From Tricharina praecox (taxonomy: Eukaryota), in contig NW_026250408.1 in NCBI RefSeq assembly GCF_024521635.1, positions 1 through 64,000 of the forward strand: DNA of 64,000 bases. Direction: 5' to 3'. Shown piece by piece: positions 49,193 to 61,429 of this stretch. The notes under the pieces are model-generated. The model ran no database searches, was not told where the DNA came from, and saw nothing but the letters and a program-made list of their open reading frames with translations. Position numbers and translations under genes: made by a program. Positions within the stretch are counted from its first letter, which is position 1. Every line of letters begins with the position of its first letter.

Positions 49193-50289
49193 GAGGGGTG
49201 GGAGGGGTGGGAGGGGTGGGAGGGGTGGCGGCAGAAGCGGGACGGCGGGGTGGTGGGGTGACGGGGTGGCGGAGTGGCAGAGGGTAGAGGATTGAGGGTT
49301 TAGGGTTGAGGGCTGTGAGCAGCTGTGTAGGGCGTATGCAGGTATTCGCTCCGGTATGGCAATATTCGTAGCCCCTGTCTTTGTCTGCTCAGAGGTCTCA
49401 TCGCAGTGTCTTCTTTGTTCGGTGACCGTTGACGGTGTGGTCTTCGGTGGTACACTAGCTATCACTGCTATCACTCGGACATCACTCGCAAGTCACCTCG
49501 GCGCTGGTGATAACCGTTGCAAAAGCTGCAGATGCTGCACGCCAAATACAGCACCTTACCAGTCATATCATACATCTGATAAATTCGAGATGAATCCATC
49601 CCTTCCGGCCATATTTTCTCAAACGCGCACGAAACCGGCAATATCCGTTTCGACGCCAAGCAACGGCCGAAAGGCCACTAGTAGAATGTGGGGATAGCAT
49701 CCCCGTACGACCGCTTATCGCCGCTTCTCGCCGCTTCTCGGTGCCGACGCCCACTACTAATACGCAACCATCCCTGCCCACCCCGCCCCCCCCCCCCTCC
49801 TTCCAAACCCCACCCTTCATCCACTCCACGAGTTCACAACACATCACAATGGTCGTCGTCGGTAGAGTACATAACAGTAATGTTTCATTAATCTTCATTC
49901 ATCCGCACATCCCCGCATCCCCACATCCATGCCGTAGCTATCGTATCGTATCGTAACGCATCGCCCAAACTCCGCGGAACAAAAAACCGTCAAAAAAGAA
50001 GCAAAAAAAGAAGCAGAAAAGAACCCCATTGACACAATAAAAACTCCGCTTGTCTATAGTACAATACACCTTTTTCGAAAGCAAGGAAATAAGATGAACA
50101 GGAGCAAATGAAAGCGACAGAGAAATAAAAACGAAAGAAGGAAAGAGAAAGAAAGAAAGATGGAACCCCGTATTGTAACATTTGTCGTGTCGTGTCGTGT
50201 CGTCTCGTGGCTTGACTTGACGTGACGTGACGTGGCAATGTGTTACTTATGCATGCATGCGTGCGATGTGGTGAATGAAAGATAATGAG

Positions 50290-50378
50290 TGTGAGCGAGT
50301 GTGAGAGTGAATGTGAGAGTGAGAGTGAATGTGAGAGTGAGAGTGAATGTGAGAGTGAGAGTGAATGTGAGAGTGAGT
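50290..50378. repeat. 18-bp tandem repeat (GAGTGAATGTGAGAGTGA)n
   Basis: Directly visible. Confidence 0.9.
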
Positions 50379-50646
50379 GTCGGTGAGAGCGACGAAGGAA
50401 ATGTGTGTGTGCCGATGTTGGAATCGCTGTGCCGAACATGGAGCGTGTACCGATGGCGGTGTCGGTGACTGTATCGGTGTCGGTCGATGTCGTGATGTGG
50501 TCGGTAGCCGGCGAAGATGTTTGCCAAGCGTCCGTAGCGGCGGCGACGACGGGGGTGATGATCAGTGATCAGTGATCGGTGATCGGTGATCGGTATTCGT
50601 ACTCCATGGCGCATCTGTCTCTCCCCACTCCTCCTCTCCCATCGGC

Positions 50647-50994
50647 CTAAACCCTACTGCCCATAAACGGCCTCCCATGCCCCTCCTCCGCCGAGCCACC
50701 GCTCGAATTCCCCGCCGACCCCCCAGGCGACGCGGAGGACCACTCACTCTTCCCAGTCGTCGCCTGATCGCGGAACTCAGGACAGAATCGGAACCAGCTG
50801 AGCAACATGCCCTGCACATTGATGGCGCGGATCTCGGCGCGCGCGATGAACAGCGCCGCAAGGATCACGCGGATCAGGGCGCGCTGCACGCGCCGGCGGA
50901 TCTGCAGCTTCGGCAGCTTCGGGAGTTTTGGCAGCCGCGGCAAAGAGGGCAGCGTGAACGTCATGTGGAAGTTGATGGTCGGGACTGTGAACAT
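50647..50994 (-). CDS. Small hypothetical protein (115 aa)
   Basis: ACCACCATG start context, C/G-ending codons, LPK repeats and one hydrophobic helix. Confidence 0.45.
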   Translation of the reverse strand: MFTVPTINFHMTFTLPSLPRLPKLPKLPKLQIRRRVQRALIRVILAALFIARAEIRAINVQGMLLSWFRFCPEFRDQATTGKSEWSSASPGGSAGNSSGGSAEEGHGRPFMGSRV

Positions 50995-52936
50995 GGTGGT
51001 TATGGCCGGTGGTGGGGGGAAGAGGGCAGCTGGGGTGGTGGCGAGAGGCGGCAGGTGAGGGTCGCTGTTGCCGTCTTTGTGGTCGGTGATGTGATGTGAT
51101 GTTGTTTTTCCGGCGGCGGAAGCTAGAGGACTAGTATCCGTGGGCGCTGTTGTGTGCGAGTACGAGACTGAAGATCGAAGCGAATTTTTGTCGGTCGGCG
51201 GCGGAGCAGCGAGCTAGATAAACCGGATTCCGTGGGTGCGGTGGTGCGGGCGGTCTCGCATGTATGCCGGGTATGGAATGCTCGTGGGAAATGTTCGTAG
51301 ATGTGCTGCGATTGGGCGTGGCGAGGTTGTTCGTGCGTTTGTCGTTGATTCGAGATGAGGGAGGGGGAATACGGTGGGCGCGGTGTTGGCGTCGCGCGAT
51401 TGGATGTTGGGACTGGGGGCGGGTGGGTGTTGTTGGTTGGTGGGCTGGCGGTGGTGGTTGTGGATTGCGATGGTGGGGCAAGATGTGGATGGGTCAGCCA
51501 AAATCGACGTCGCCTGCGCCAAGGCCCGCTAGCCAGCGCAATGTGGTCGAGCAGCTGTCGCCGAAACACAATGGACGCTGACGGCCGCTGCAGGAACAGA
51601 GAAGAGTTTTTCTTTCTTTCTTTCTTTCAGCGGGGGCGCCGACAGCAGTGCTCTGCTACGGTCACAGGTGACGTATAGATGTGCGGCACCCGTTCCTGGC
51701 AGCCACCTATTCCCGTGCTCCGTCTCCGCACACGGCGCGGCAATTGGGTCTGCTCGACGGTCCGTCGCCGAGCATGAGGTCTACCGGGCAGCACGTAGAT
51801 ACGTTTGCGTGGGCACTCTGGAGCTATTCCGCAGGCAACTGTCGCGCAGCCCTCGTGTCGCCGGAAAACGAAACAAGCGTCCCTCCCTCCCTCCCGCCAA
51901 TCGCATCCCTGCGCACCCATCCATCGAGCCACGCCCATCCCTGCAACGGCACATTCCCGCCAACCACTATGGATTCTCGCTGGTTCGCCCGCATTAGCCG
52001 ACCCTGCCGGTCGCGCCAATCCGCGAACGGCACTCGCAGCCGCTGATTCCCACCAGCGGCCAACGGGGACCGCCTGCATGGCGCAATGCACCGACTCTGG
52101 ACCCTTCCGCAGGCATGGTCGAGGCACCCGCCACCGAGAGAGCGAGCCAGTCGCTCCGTGCTGTGACACCGCAACGCCTCAGCGAGGGCCGACCCGCATG
52201 TGATGGCCTTTGTTTCTCGTCTTCGTCACCGTCCCCGGCAACAAACGGGATGGGCTGGGTGCTATGGAGAACAGTGCCGTTGGGAACTGAACCGCTCGGG
52301 CGATCGAGCGCAGCAGTTGCAGTGCTATGGAATACAGCACTGTAGAAAAGCACTGTACTGCAAAGTACCGCCCCGCAGAGTACCATGCATACCACTCCGT
52401 TTCCCGCAAACGTCGCGTCGCTGCCGGACAGGCGACGGGCTGTCGGCGACAGCTGGCAGTCGCAGTCCCGCAAGGCAGTCTTCGGGGCAGCTCGCAGCTC
52501 ATACTCACATCCTACCGTATTCGCCGGCAACATCGTCGTGAGCGGATCGCCGCTCATTACTCGACCGGCGAAGATTCGAACCGCATCAGACATATAACCC
52601 ACAGCCAGTCCCCAGCCGTGCGGTGCCTTCCTACTCGACTCACGGGGTGCTGCTATGTGATTGACGTGCGTAATCTACCGTCTTACCGCACCGTCGTACT
52701 CCCACATCCCGACCGAAAATCAAGGCACCGCTACATTGCTTGCAGTGCTGCACGTCGCACAGACAGCCAGCCAGACAGATGATGCGCCGCCACCGGAGCG
52801 AGCCTGGCCTGGCCTGGCTCCCGTCATGGAGTCGTGGTGTGTTGTCGGAGCGGCGCAGCGGAGCCCGGCCGGCTCCAGAGTCCAGCCTGGTCCTGGTCGG
52901 GACGGCAGCGTTGGCGGTGCGTGTGTGGCTGACGAT

Positions 52937-53124
52937 GGGTTTTCTTCTTTCTTTTTCTTCTCTTTTCTTCTTTTCTTTTCGGGGTTTTCTTCTTTCTTTT
53001 TCTTCTCTTTTCTTCTTTTCTTTTCGGGGTTTTCTTCTTTCTTTTTCTTCTCTTTTCTTCTTTTCTTTTCGGGGTTTTCTTCTTTCTTTTTCTTCTCTTT
53101 TCTTCTTTTCTTTTCGGGGTTTTC
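52937..53124. repeat. 45-bp polypyrimidine minisatellite, ~4 copies
   Basis: GGGG anchors at 52981, 53026, 53071 and 53116; identical T/C-rich units. Confidence 0.95.
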
Positions 53125-53226
53125 TGCTTTTTTTTGAGGCTGTTCGACGGCGGCGCGATGACTCCGATCGGTAACTGAAAGCATGCCGATTCTTCGATAT
53201 CGAATCACCTGGAGAAGGTGCGTACT

Positions 53227-53409
53227 CGGCGAGATTCTCATCACCACTGATATCCTGCGTACGCGGCGAGATTCTCATCACCACTGATATCCTGCGTACG
53301 CGGCGAGATTCTCATCACCACTGATATCCTGCGTACGCGGCGAGATTCTCATCACCACTGATATCCTGCGTACGCGGCGAGATTCTCATCACCACTGATA
53401 TCCTGCGTA
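53227..53409. repeat. 37-bp minisatellite, ~5 perfect copies
   Basis: CGGCGAGATTCTCATCACCACTGATATCCTGCGTACG at 53227, 53264, 53301, 53338 and 53375; no spacers. Confidence 0.95.
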
Positions 53410-53785
53410 TCCGATACGAAGAACTCAACCACCGTCCAGGCTCCAGAGCCTTCACCCACTCACGCATTCCTTGCAAGTTGCCGGAACTCGGAATCGCTCG
53501 CTCAGTCGGGTGTGCTGACGCTTCCCCGCAAGGTTGTCCCTGAGCAACAGCCTCCATACGAGGTAGGTGCTTTACGTAGCCGGTCGGGTACCGTTATCGA
53601 TGGGCATCCTGGCTCACCAAATACGGTACCCAGTTGCTGAGTTGTTGCACCGGCTAAATAGATTACCAGATTACCAGAGCACCAAGTTCGCATATCTTCA
53701 CGTGCGTGTGGGGGCGCTGCTGATTTGGTGTCGTAGGCGGTGGCAGTGGCAGTGGCAGCCCCGGCGCTGCTCCTATAATCTAGGC

Positions 53786-53931
53786 ATCATCTATCATCTA
53801 TCATCTATCGTCTATCGTCTATCATCTATCATCTATCATCTATCGTCTATCATCTATCATCTATCATCTATCATCTATCATCTATCATCTATCATCTATA
53901 ATCTATCATCTATCATCCATCATCTATCATC
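53786..53931. repeat. 7-bp microsatellite (ATCTATC)n
   Basis: Directly visible. Confidence 0.95.
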
Positions 53932-56038
53932 AAAAGTGGCGTCGACAGAGGCGATAAGATACAGTAGGTATGCACGCCGCCATTGAGTGCATTCAATCCA
54001 ATTCAATCCACGTCCGTCCCCAATGCGGAATATCTAGGAAAGCAGATCCGAACCCCGGATCTACACGCTCTCGGTCGGATACGATCGCCGCCGTCGGCGA
54101 TTCCTGCAGACTGCAGTGCGCAATCCGTCGCGAGAGTCGAGAACGACAGGCGATGCGCCGCCAGGTGGAAAAATCTCTTTGCTGTGTACCTCCTTCCGTG
54201 AAGGGCGATCCATGAAAGGCGATCGCAGCCGCCTAGTTCCGTGGCATCGTCGCACCCTCGCACTGTCGCACATCTACCGGTATCGGAGGGTTCGGCACGG
54301 CACGGCCCGCGCCCGATATAGTAACCGGGTTGGAGGATGTGGGTTAGGGTTCGCGCCGCGTGGCGACTGAAGATTGAAATGAGTTGCACGGGTGGAGTTG
54401 ATGGGCGCACGTGTTGAGCCCGGCCGCAGAGTCCCTTCTTCGTTCCTGAGGTGCACTTACTCAGGCTGCCTCATGACAATTGTCAGAATATGGGACGTCC
54501 GGAAATGGCGATGTCCCTACTGTACTCTAGTGGAGTATTCGAGCACGGGTGACGGTCGAAGGGTGACGGAACACCGACCGCCTGAAGGGATTGATGCCGA
54601 GCTTTCCTAGTCTATGAAGAGTGTATACAGAGAGAGCTCGCTGCTCGCGATGTTGCTGCTGTATCGAATACTATTGTCATGTTTATCTACCTCATATATT
54701 CAACAATAATGATCACGGTACTGCGCTTCAGCGCCTAAGATTTGACCTGTTCCCATACCAACCACATCCACAGAGATCGTCGGTGGCCGGGTCTAATAAT
54801 CGATCAACCGCCTTCGACATCACAAGAAGTTAGAGTCCAAAGGAGGAATTCGCGACTGTCGCAGTTCTTCCGAAGGACGTCGGTATCTATCTCGCCGCTC
54901 TCCTCTGCTGGTGCGAACTTGGAAGTGCGCCGAGCTCGGGGAAAGCTGTTTCGATCGCTGGCCGTACAATCGACGGCAGCCGGGTCGTAGCGGTACCGTC
55001 GCACGCGCGTATGCCGCGGACCCTTCTACAAGTGCATATGCCACGGGCGGCGGACAGTACTGCAATACCGGCCGGGAGCGGGTTTCGGAGGCTGGAGATG
55101 GTGGAAGCATCGATTCCGACCGCCGGAGCCGTGTGGATTCCTGCTGTTTTATGAAAAAGCACAGAACACAACGGCGGCGCAGGCTGGTACAAGCGAAGCC
55201 CCTACTGGGTATGAGGGAAATCGCATAGAACTATCCACACGGCTTTAAAGAACCGCGGGGCTGCTTAAGTAAACAGGTAACTCTCGTCCGAATATGCGTG
55301 GATTGTTGAGAGTAGATGATATTGGGACCACTGGTACTATCCATACTGACAATCTAGTGCAGTGCCATTCCAACAGCACGCTGCGGCGTGGTTAGATCTC
55401 TGTAGAAGCGCCCTGAAGTGCGCACAAGGCGTTCGTTTCTCCTGCGGTCCATACTCGGTTTTTCCTGTTGTGTGTTTTCACATCGGAATCTTATTTACAA
55501 GTATGTTGCAATCATCAGCTATCATGCAGTTATCACTCGTTTTCGGTCTTCTTTGCGAATCGTGACCACCAAAGAACTAGGGAAGGTAAATCTACAGCAG
55601 AGCTACACAGCACAAGACAGGCGTATTTTACTGTGATGATGCTTCAATACGGCAGACGCAATACATCCAGCCTGACCTCGTTGCGAGGGGTGGCCGGGAA
55701 ATCATTTGATTGACGTATGTATGGACCAAAGTAGATCACATCGTCCATTTCAAAGAGCTTCGTTGCGCGGGCACGAAGTGCCATACGTATGAAAAGGCGT
55801 GCAGTGGCACCTCGCAGGTCTGTGCATCAACGGGCTACGACGTAGTCGTAGAGTGGAGCTCACAGATACTACTAACTACGAAAATATCCTTAGCTCGGAT
55901 GGTCGAACTATCGAATGTGGCGATTAGCATGTAGTGTGCAGCAGTAGCACTACCGCTCCGTCGCTTTGTTAAAACGTGGCCCACAGAGCTCGAACGTATT
56001 CATAACCGCGGGTAGTAAACTCCCAGCACGGAAAAAGA

Positions 56039-56189
56039 ATCCGCGAGGCCTAACGGTCACACACCCTGCGGAGTTGGCAGGACACGAGTCCGGCTATCGG
56101 GGTTTCCAAGCCACCCAACGGGCGTGTTCAAGGCTTTTGGTTCGAGCCCGGTTCGACATGGGGGTTATCTCACGTCGCTGGTTTTTTTT
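56039..56189 (+). ncRNA. tRNA-like Pol III element, second copy
   Basis: AGGCCTAACGG (degenerate A-box), GGTTCGAGCCC (B-box, 56139-56149) and T8 at 56182-56189; homologous to 39756-39903. Confidence 0.5.
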
Positions 56190-57660
56190 CCCTTGGGTTG
56201 AATCATCAAGGGATTCGGCTGAAGTAGGCGATTGCAGATTACATTTCTGTTTCTACCTGGCTGTAGGCTGTCACCGACCCACCTCTGATCACGAGCTATG
56301 TGCGTGTTGCCTATCGCTCTCAGCGCAGCCCTCTCCTCGAGGAAAATATAAATTGGTAGGTATCTTGCTGCTGCCGGTATCCCCTCTTTTAACTGAGCAA
56401 CTGGATGTCCCGCATTCGACAAAATAGCTGGGGCGCTGCTCTGACGTGAGACTCGAGTCATGACGGATGATCTGAGTGCTGACACGACATGGTAAAGATG
56501 TGCAACTGCAGTCGAATACCTTCAGTCAGATACCGTGAAATGAAAACTAATCCTTTTCAAGAACACTCGCAAAATCTCGCCGACGTAAATGCACGACGCA
56601 AGAAGAGCGTAGAGAACGTGTTGGAATGTCAAGTGATACATTAGGTAGGCACGTTATTGCACCCAGAGGTGGTTTTTTCTGTTCAGTCCTAAGACGTAGG
56701 TATGCAAAGTTTGAGAAACCAGGAGTGGTACTACGGCTGTGCATCCGCTCGTGAAGGGCGATATAGTTGGGTTCTGTTAATAGCCTGCATTATGTGTCAC
56801 TCGATAAACGAGTGAAAATGAAAGATTGTGAGGGATGCATCTGCCTGGTCCGAAACCAACTACCGCTGTCGCTCATCCTACTATCCGCTCGTCTGTAGAA
56901 TACTTCACAAGTAGTAGGGCTTATACCCCTGTCGAAGCCAACTGGAAGTAGGATATCATGGACGTGGATTGCACACACCGTTAAAACGTAAAACTCAATG
57001 GCAACAGCATATGTATCGTAAATATCGTACTATATTCTCACACCGGTAGCGGCTAAGATGGGCATCTTTACTTTCGAGCCTCTGAGCATGTAGAGGAACG
57101 GTGGAATTGTAATAGGCCAAATATTTTCGCCAGGCCTCAATTGCACTACGTCACTGCTTCGCCGGAAGGGTTTCCAACAAACTCCAGAGGGCCGCCGTCT
57201 ATGTGGCAGAGCAGATTACCGCATGGCTATAGCGTATAGCAATACACATAACTAGTGTAGTATACGAGCCGCCGGTTGATGTTTGCAGTACAGCTCGTAA
57301 GTAAAAGGGTAAAATAAAGAAGGCAAGAATCAATCGTTCGCTACGACTCTGTGATTAGTGTGACAGGTGATTACAACACGGGACTATGCAAACTACGATG
57401 TGCTAGCCTCACCCGTGGACCGTTGGTAGTACGTGTAACGACCATTGAACTTGCGTTAGTCGCAGAAAAGAAACCCTAGGCTACTAGCCCTAACGTCCAC
57501 ACCCCACTAACGTCGACGAAGCAAACACGACCCCGCATCTCCCACAAACCCATCCCATCCCCCTTCTCCTGAAAAACCATCCGACTTCGCTTCTCCTGAA
57601 CAATCATCCGAAGACCCTTTCGAAGAAACAACTATTTGACAACACAACCATTTCGCCGAT

Positions 57661-59308
57661 ATGGACATGTCGGAATTATCCCCCACCTCCCACCACCTCG
57701 CCAAGAAGACCAAGCAGAAGTTGGTACCTCTTCTTCCAACACACACTACCACTAAAAATTACTAACTGTGCTCACCGCAGGCGACCGAACCCTCAGCAGC
57801 GCCGACGCCGTGAGGCCTACAAGCTGGCACGCATCGCCGCGGAGCTCGAAGCTCCTGGTGGACTGGAGGGCATTTTGAATGTCTCCAGCACCACCGCGAC
57901 CACTGCTACGGCAGTGGAAGAGTGCCTGCGCGAGCAGACCTCTTCGGTGCGATGCCCTGCTGGGATCAGACAGAACAGAGTCACGAAGAAGACCAGGTGA
58001 ATAACTACTAACTGCGCACTGCGGTGATACTTCTGACTGCGCGTGAATAGATACTGACGAAAGGCTAAAGCAGTGGGCGCAAAGTCTCCTACGGGGGCAA
58101 TATGACAAGAGAGTCGGCCGCGGAGCACGAGGGGGCCGAAGCCGCAGGCTCCACCGCGACTGCTTCTGTCGTCACTGCTACGGCATACGACGCACCTACG
58201 GGTGCAGAAGTGATCACGGCGGAGGTCGGTGGCTCGGCTCCCACAAGCGTGCCTAATCGAAAGATGTAAGCAGTACTGATCCTTCAAACACTAGTTGTGC
58301 GGAAATGCTGACGAGCTAGTCGCCGTTTGCGTGAGAGATCGTTAAAGGCGACCAGGGGGGGCAGTAGGAGCACCGGCGACGAAGAAGTACCGGGAGCAGC
58401 TGGAGCCAAGATGGCTGGATGCTCCTCGGGACGGAAACAGCAGTAAGTGTTCATTCCAGCTCAACGGAGATGCAATAGCTGATAGAAATTCTAGGACGAG
58501 TGGTGAGGCGCATGCCGCTCGACGGGCGAGGCTCCGGAAGCAGAGCAGCCTGTGCGCTAGAGTACCGGAGGCCGCAACTATGCAGCCCAAGGCGGAGGGA
58601 GAGGATGGCCAGGAGCAACAAGGACTCAACGCGAGCTCGTGAGTTTCCTACCACTTCAACATAATCAGCATCAAGGCTAACGACTGCAGGTTGTGGGAGG
58701 CGTTTCTGAAGGCCGACGGCGACACCCAGTCGTTGGTGCATGAGGCACTGCATCTCAGCTCGCACGCGGAGAAGAAGGCAGAGGGTCAGAGAATGACCCT
58801 TCCGAACACTACCACTGGAGAAACTGGCGCGAAGAAATCCAGTAATCCTGGTAGTGTTAGTCGAGACGCCGTACCTCCTTGGCAGCGGAGCAGCAGGCAT
58901 CACAGAAGGGCGCAGCCCCCGAGCGTCATGGAGAGAGATCCTTCCCGGCAGTTGGCCGTCGCGGCCTGGGGTGAACTCGTCGAGACGAACACCGCCATGT
59001 ACGCCGAAAGGCTGCAGAAGGTGCAGGCTACGGCCAACTCTTCACTCGAGATGAAGTGGAGAGACGAGTCGGCCGTCGCAGTTGCCGACAAGGAAGCTAC
59101 CGGGAAGCGGTCGGATTCCGAGAGCAGGCCGAAGACCACCGAGCCCAGGCCACCAGCTGCGTCCTGGCAGGTGGCTCCTCATCTCCGGGCAAGGCTGCTG
59201 TCAGACCCTCGTCCGCCGGTGGTTGAGACCTCGTGTTACCTTCGCAAGAAGGTAACCGAGTATATCACCATTGGGGAGGACTTGGACATTGCGCCGTACC
59301 TCGGATGA
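57661..59308 (+). CDS. Hypothetical multi-exon protein (internal exon structure partly unresolved)
   Basis: MDMSELSPT..KRPNPQQRRRREAYKLARIAAELE via intron GTTGGT..CTAAC..CAG, several further GT-AG introns, and terminal ORF 58691..59308. Confidence 0.5.
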
Positions 59309-60186
59309 GGTGGCGACTCCTCCCAGCAGGTGCTCTGGACCGAGAAAGTGAAGGGAGTGGCGGAGTGATCGGAGAGATGGAGGGAGGGGCGAGAAACATT
59401 AGATAGTATTAGCTCGTATACCAATACCAAAAGAATCCGTGCGCTATTTAGAGCCTTCTTTCGACCACGCGGAGCTGGCAGGAAAGGACAGGTTTGAAAG
59501 TTGGTGGTCTCCAATGTCTAGGAAGGCCGCATGCGACAATGATACTTGACATTCGCTCGCTCTCTCATGATAGATACGAAACAGGTCCACGCCGACAGCG
59601 CCCTCAAGACAGAAAGACAGAGGAGAACAGAAGGAAAGAAACAGTAAATGAAGTATAAAGCTACTCGACTAAGAAGACAGGTCCACAGTGGCGGAAGCAT
59701 GCCAATGTCGCAAATATTAGCAGGCCTCAATGATCTCAGGCTTCAACCATTAACTACCGGCCGTCCGTCCCGACGAGTTTCGCGCTACTAAACATTCATT
59801 CTACATCTGTCGAAATATGCGGGAGCTGACTTTGCTGCGGGAGACGATTCTGTTGCGATTGTTGTTGTTGTTGGGATACAGGAGGTGGCCATGCCGAATC
59901 ACCCTCAACGATGATAGTAGCAGAGACGCACCATTGGAACACAGTCGCTACGGCCCACCAGCCCGGGCTGGGATATACCCGCCGGGCTGCGGACTGGCTA
60001 TGATTGGGCCGGGCTACTGCGTGCACTGGCTGTCGCACGCTAGCGAAGATGAAGTTGCAAGCGGTAGATCACAACGTGGCTATTTCAACTTTCACATCTG
60101 GTAGTGGGTCACTCCTACGTTCGATAACCAACTAGTTACACCACACACCTACATCGCCTCACCCCATTCGACTCACCGGCTACGAC

Positions 60187-60726
60187 ATGCGCAAGAAGCA
60201 AATTACATAACTACGAGGCCGCCCGCCTAGGCCTGAAGAGAAGACGACAATCTCGGGCGCCGTGCTGGATTCGTACGAACCCGCCGAGCAGGTCGAGATC
60301 CTCACCACGCTGATCGACGACACGATGAAGCTTCTGAAGCAGCACGTCGCTATTGAGCAAGCGACGATGGAGCTGAGAAAGGGATTGGCTATGTTGAAAG
60401 CGTGGAGGATGTGATGTGCCGCCAAGGAACCTGGTGCTGCAAAGGCCGCTCCTTCCGCTTCCATGGAATGGCTGCAGAAGGATGGTCACGCTGGCGCTAG
60501 GAAGAGGGAACGGGATTCGATTAATTCCCTGACGGCGAGAGAGTATGCGGCGCGACACGCCGCGGTACTCGGATCATCGGACGTTAACCGGAAGGCGAAC
60601 CATCCCTTGACTGATGATGACATGAAGGATGACGGGAAGGCGATCGATTATTCAACCGATGATGAAGCGGAGGTTGATGGCAAGGCGAACAATCCCTCGA
60701 CCGAAGTTGCCATGGAGGGCATGTGA
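60187..60726 (+). pseudogene. Pseudogene with in-frame nonsense codons
   Basis: A single frame MRKKQIT*LRGRPP..KAWRM*CAAKEP..EGM*; the stops TAA and TGA are compatible with CAA and CGA C-to-T changes. Confidence 0.5.
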
Positions 60727-61429
60727 TATCAATAGTCACACTGCATTACCTCCTGTTCATTGGTAAACCTACTGTCAGAATAAAAAAACAGATTACCGAT
60801 GATCGCCTGAACTTCAACGCGTGCTTGGATCGTCTTCATCTGGAGGTCCAGTAGGGGTTCAACAGTTATTACTGTTCCCGTCGTCGGCGCGGGAACGCAG
60901 TACGAGGGCTGGAGAATTGGCGCAGGCACACTTCGTACCCCATCCAATGCTATTACGCGGTGCGTTGTATGCGGAGGCAGCGAGCCAGTAGATATCCTTT
61001 GGTCGGCTGTTCGGTATCGTGCAATCGTTTCGGCGCGTTCTATCATTCTATGGTTTCGGTGCCCGTGCAAAGGTGGGGAATGAGGTTGCGCTGCGTCGGG
61101 TCAATTATTAGGGCTGCAGACCCGATCAGGAGGTGTGTATATCGGATACCCTGCAACTCAACGGTTGTACTTCCGAGCTTGTACCGATACTATGGTTTTG
61201 GCTCCGCCACCGCGGTCATGTCTGTCTATATCCGACAATACCAGAGGAGGTCCAAGGCTGAGCTCGCCGACAAGCGCCGCGCAATCTCCCTCGAGGTACA
61301 GTACTAGGACAAACAGGATCGGACAGTGCCCGTTTTACACCAAAAATGGCCATTTTCAACCACCGATACAACAACCACAACGTATCGAAGAAACTCTGAG
61401 ATTATCGGGAGGCCTCTATAACTACACCG

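Larger units (their letters stand above)
55930..59755 (+). repeat. Inverted segmental duplication, copy A
   Basis: Collinear with the reverse complement of ~37720-40015, with large indels. Confidence 0.85.

Noticed and set aside
51100..52800. Numerous overlapping 100-200 aa ORFs
   Set aside because: GC-rich sequence open in many frames on both strands, without motifs or splice structure.
52640..53284. Lys/Glu/Arg-rich ORFs (KPRKEKKKREEKERR)n and their Phe/Ser-rich antisense ORFs
   Set aside because: Open in several frames only because the 45-bp satellite lacks stop codons.
53227..53409. 37-bp repeats as a CRISPR array
   Set aside because: Units are head-to-tail with no spacers, there are no cas genes, and the DNA is eukaryotic.
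59761..59772. CCGTCCGTCCCG as a remnant of the hAT end at the tip of inverted arm A
   Set aside because: Only 12 bp of low complexity, and the terminal CAGGGCTGTCAA is absent.
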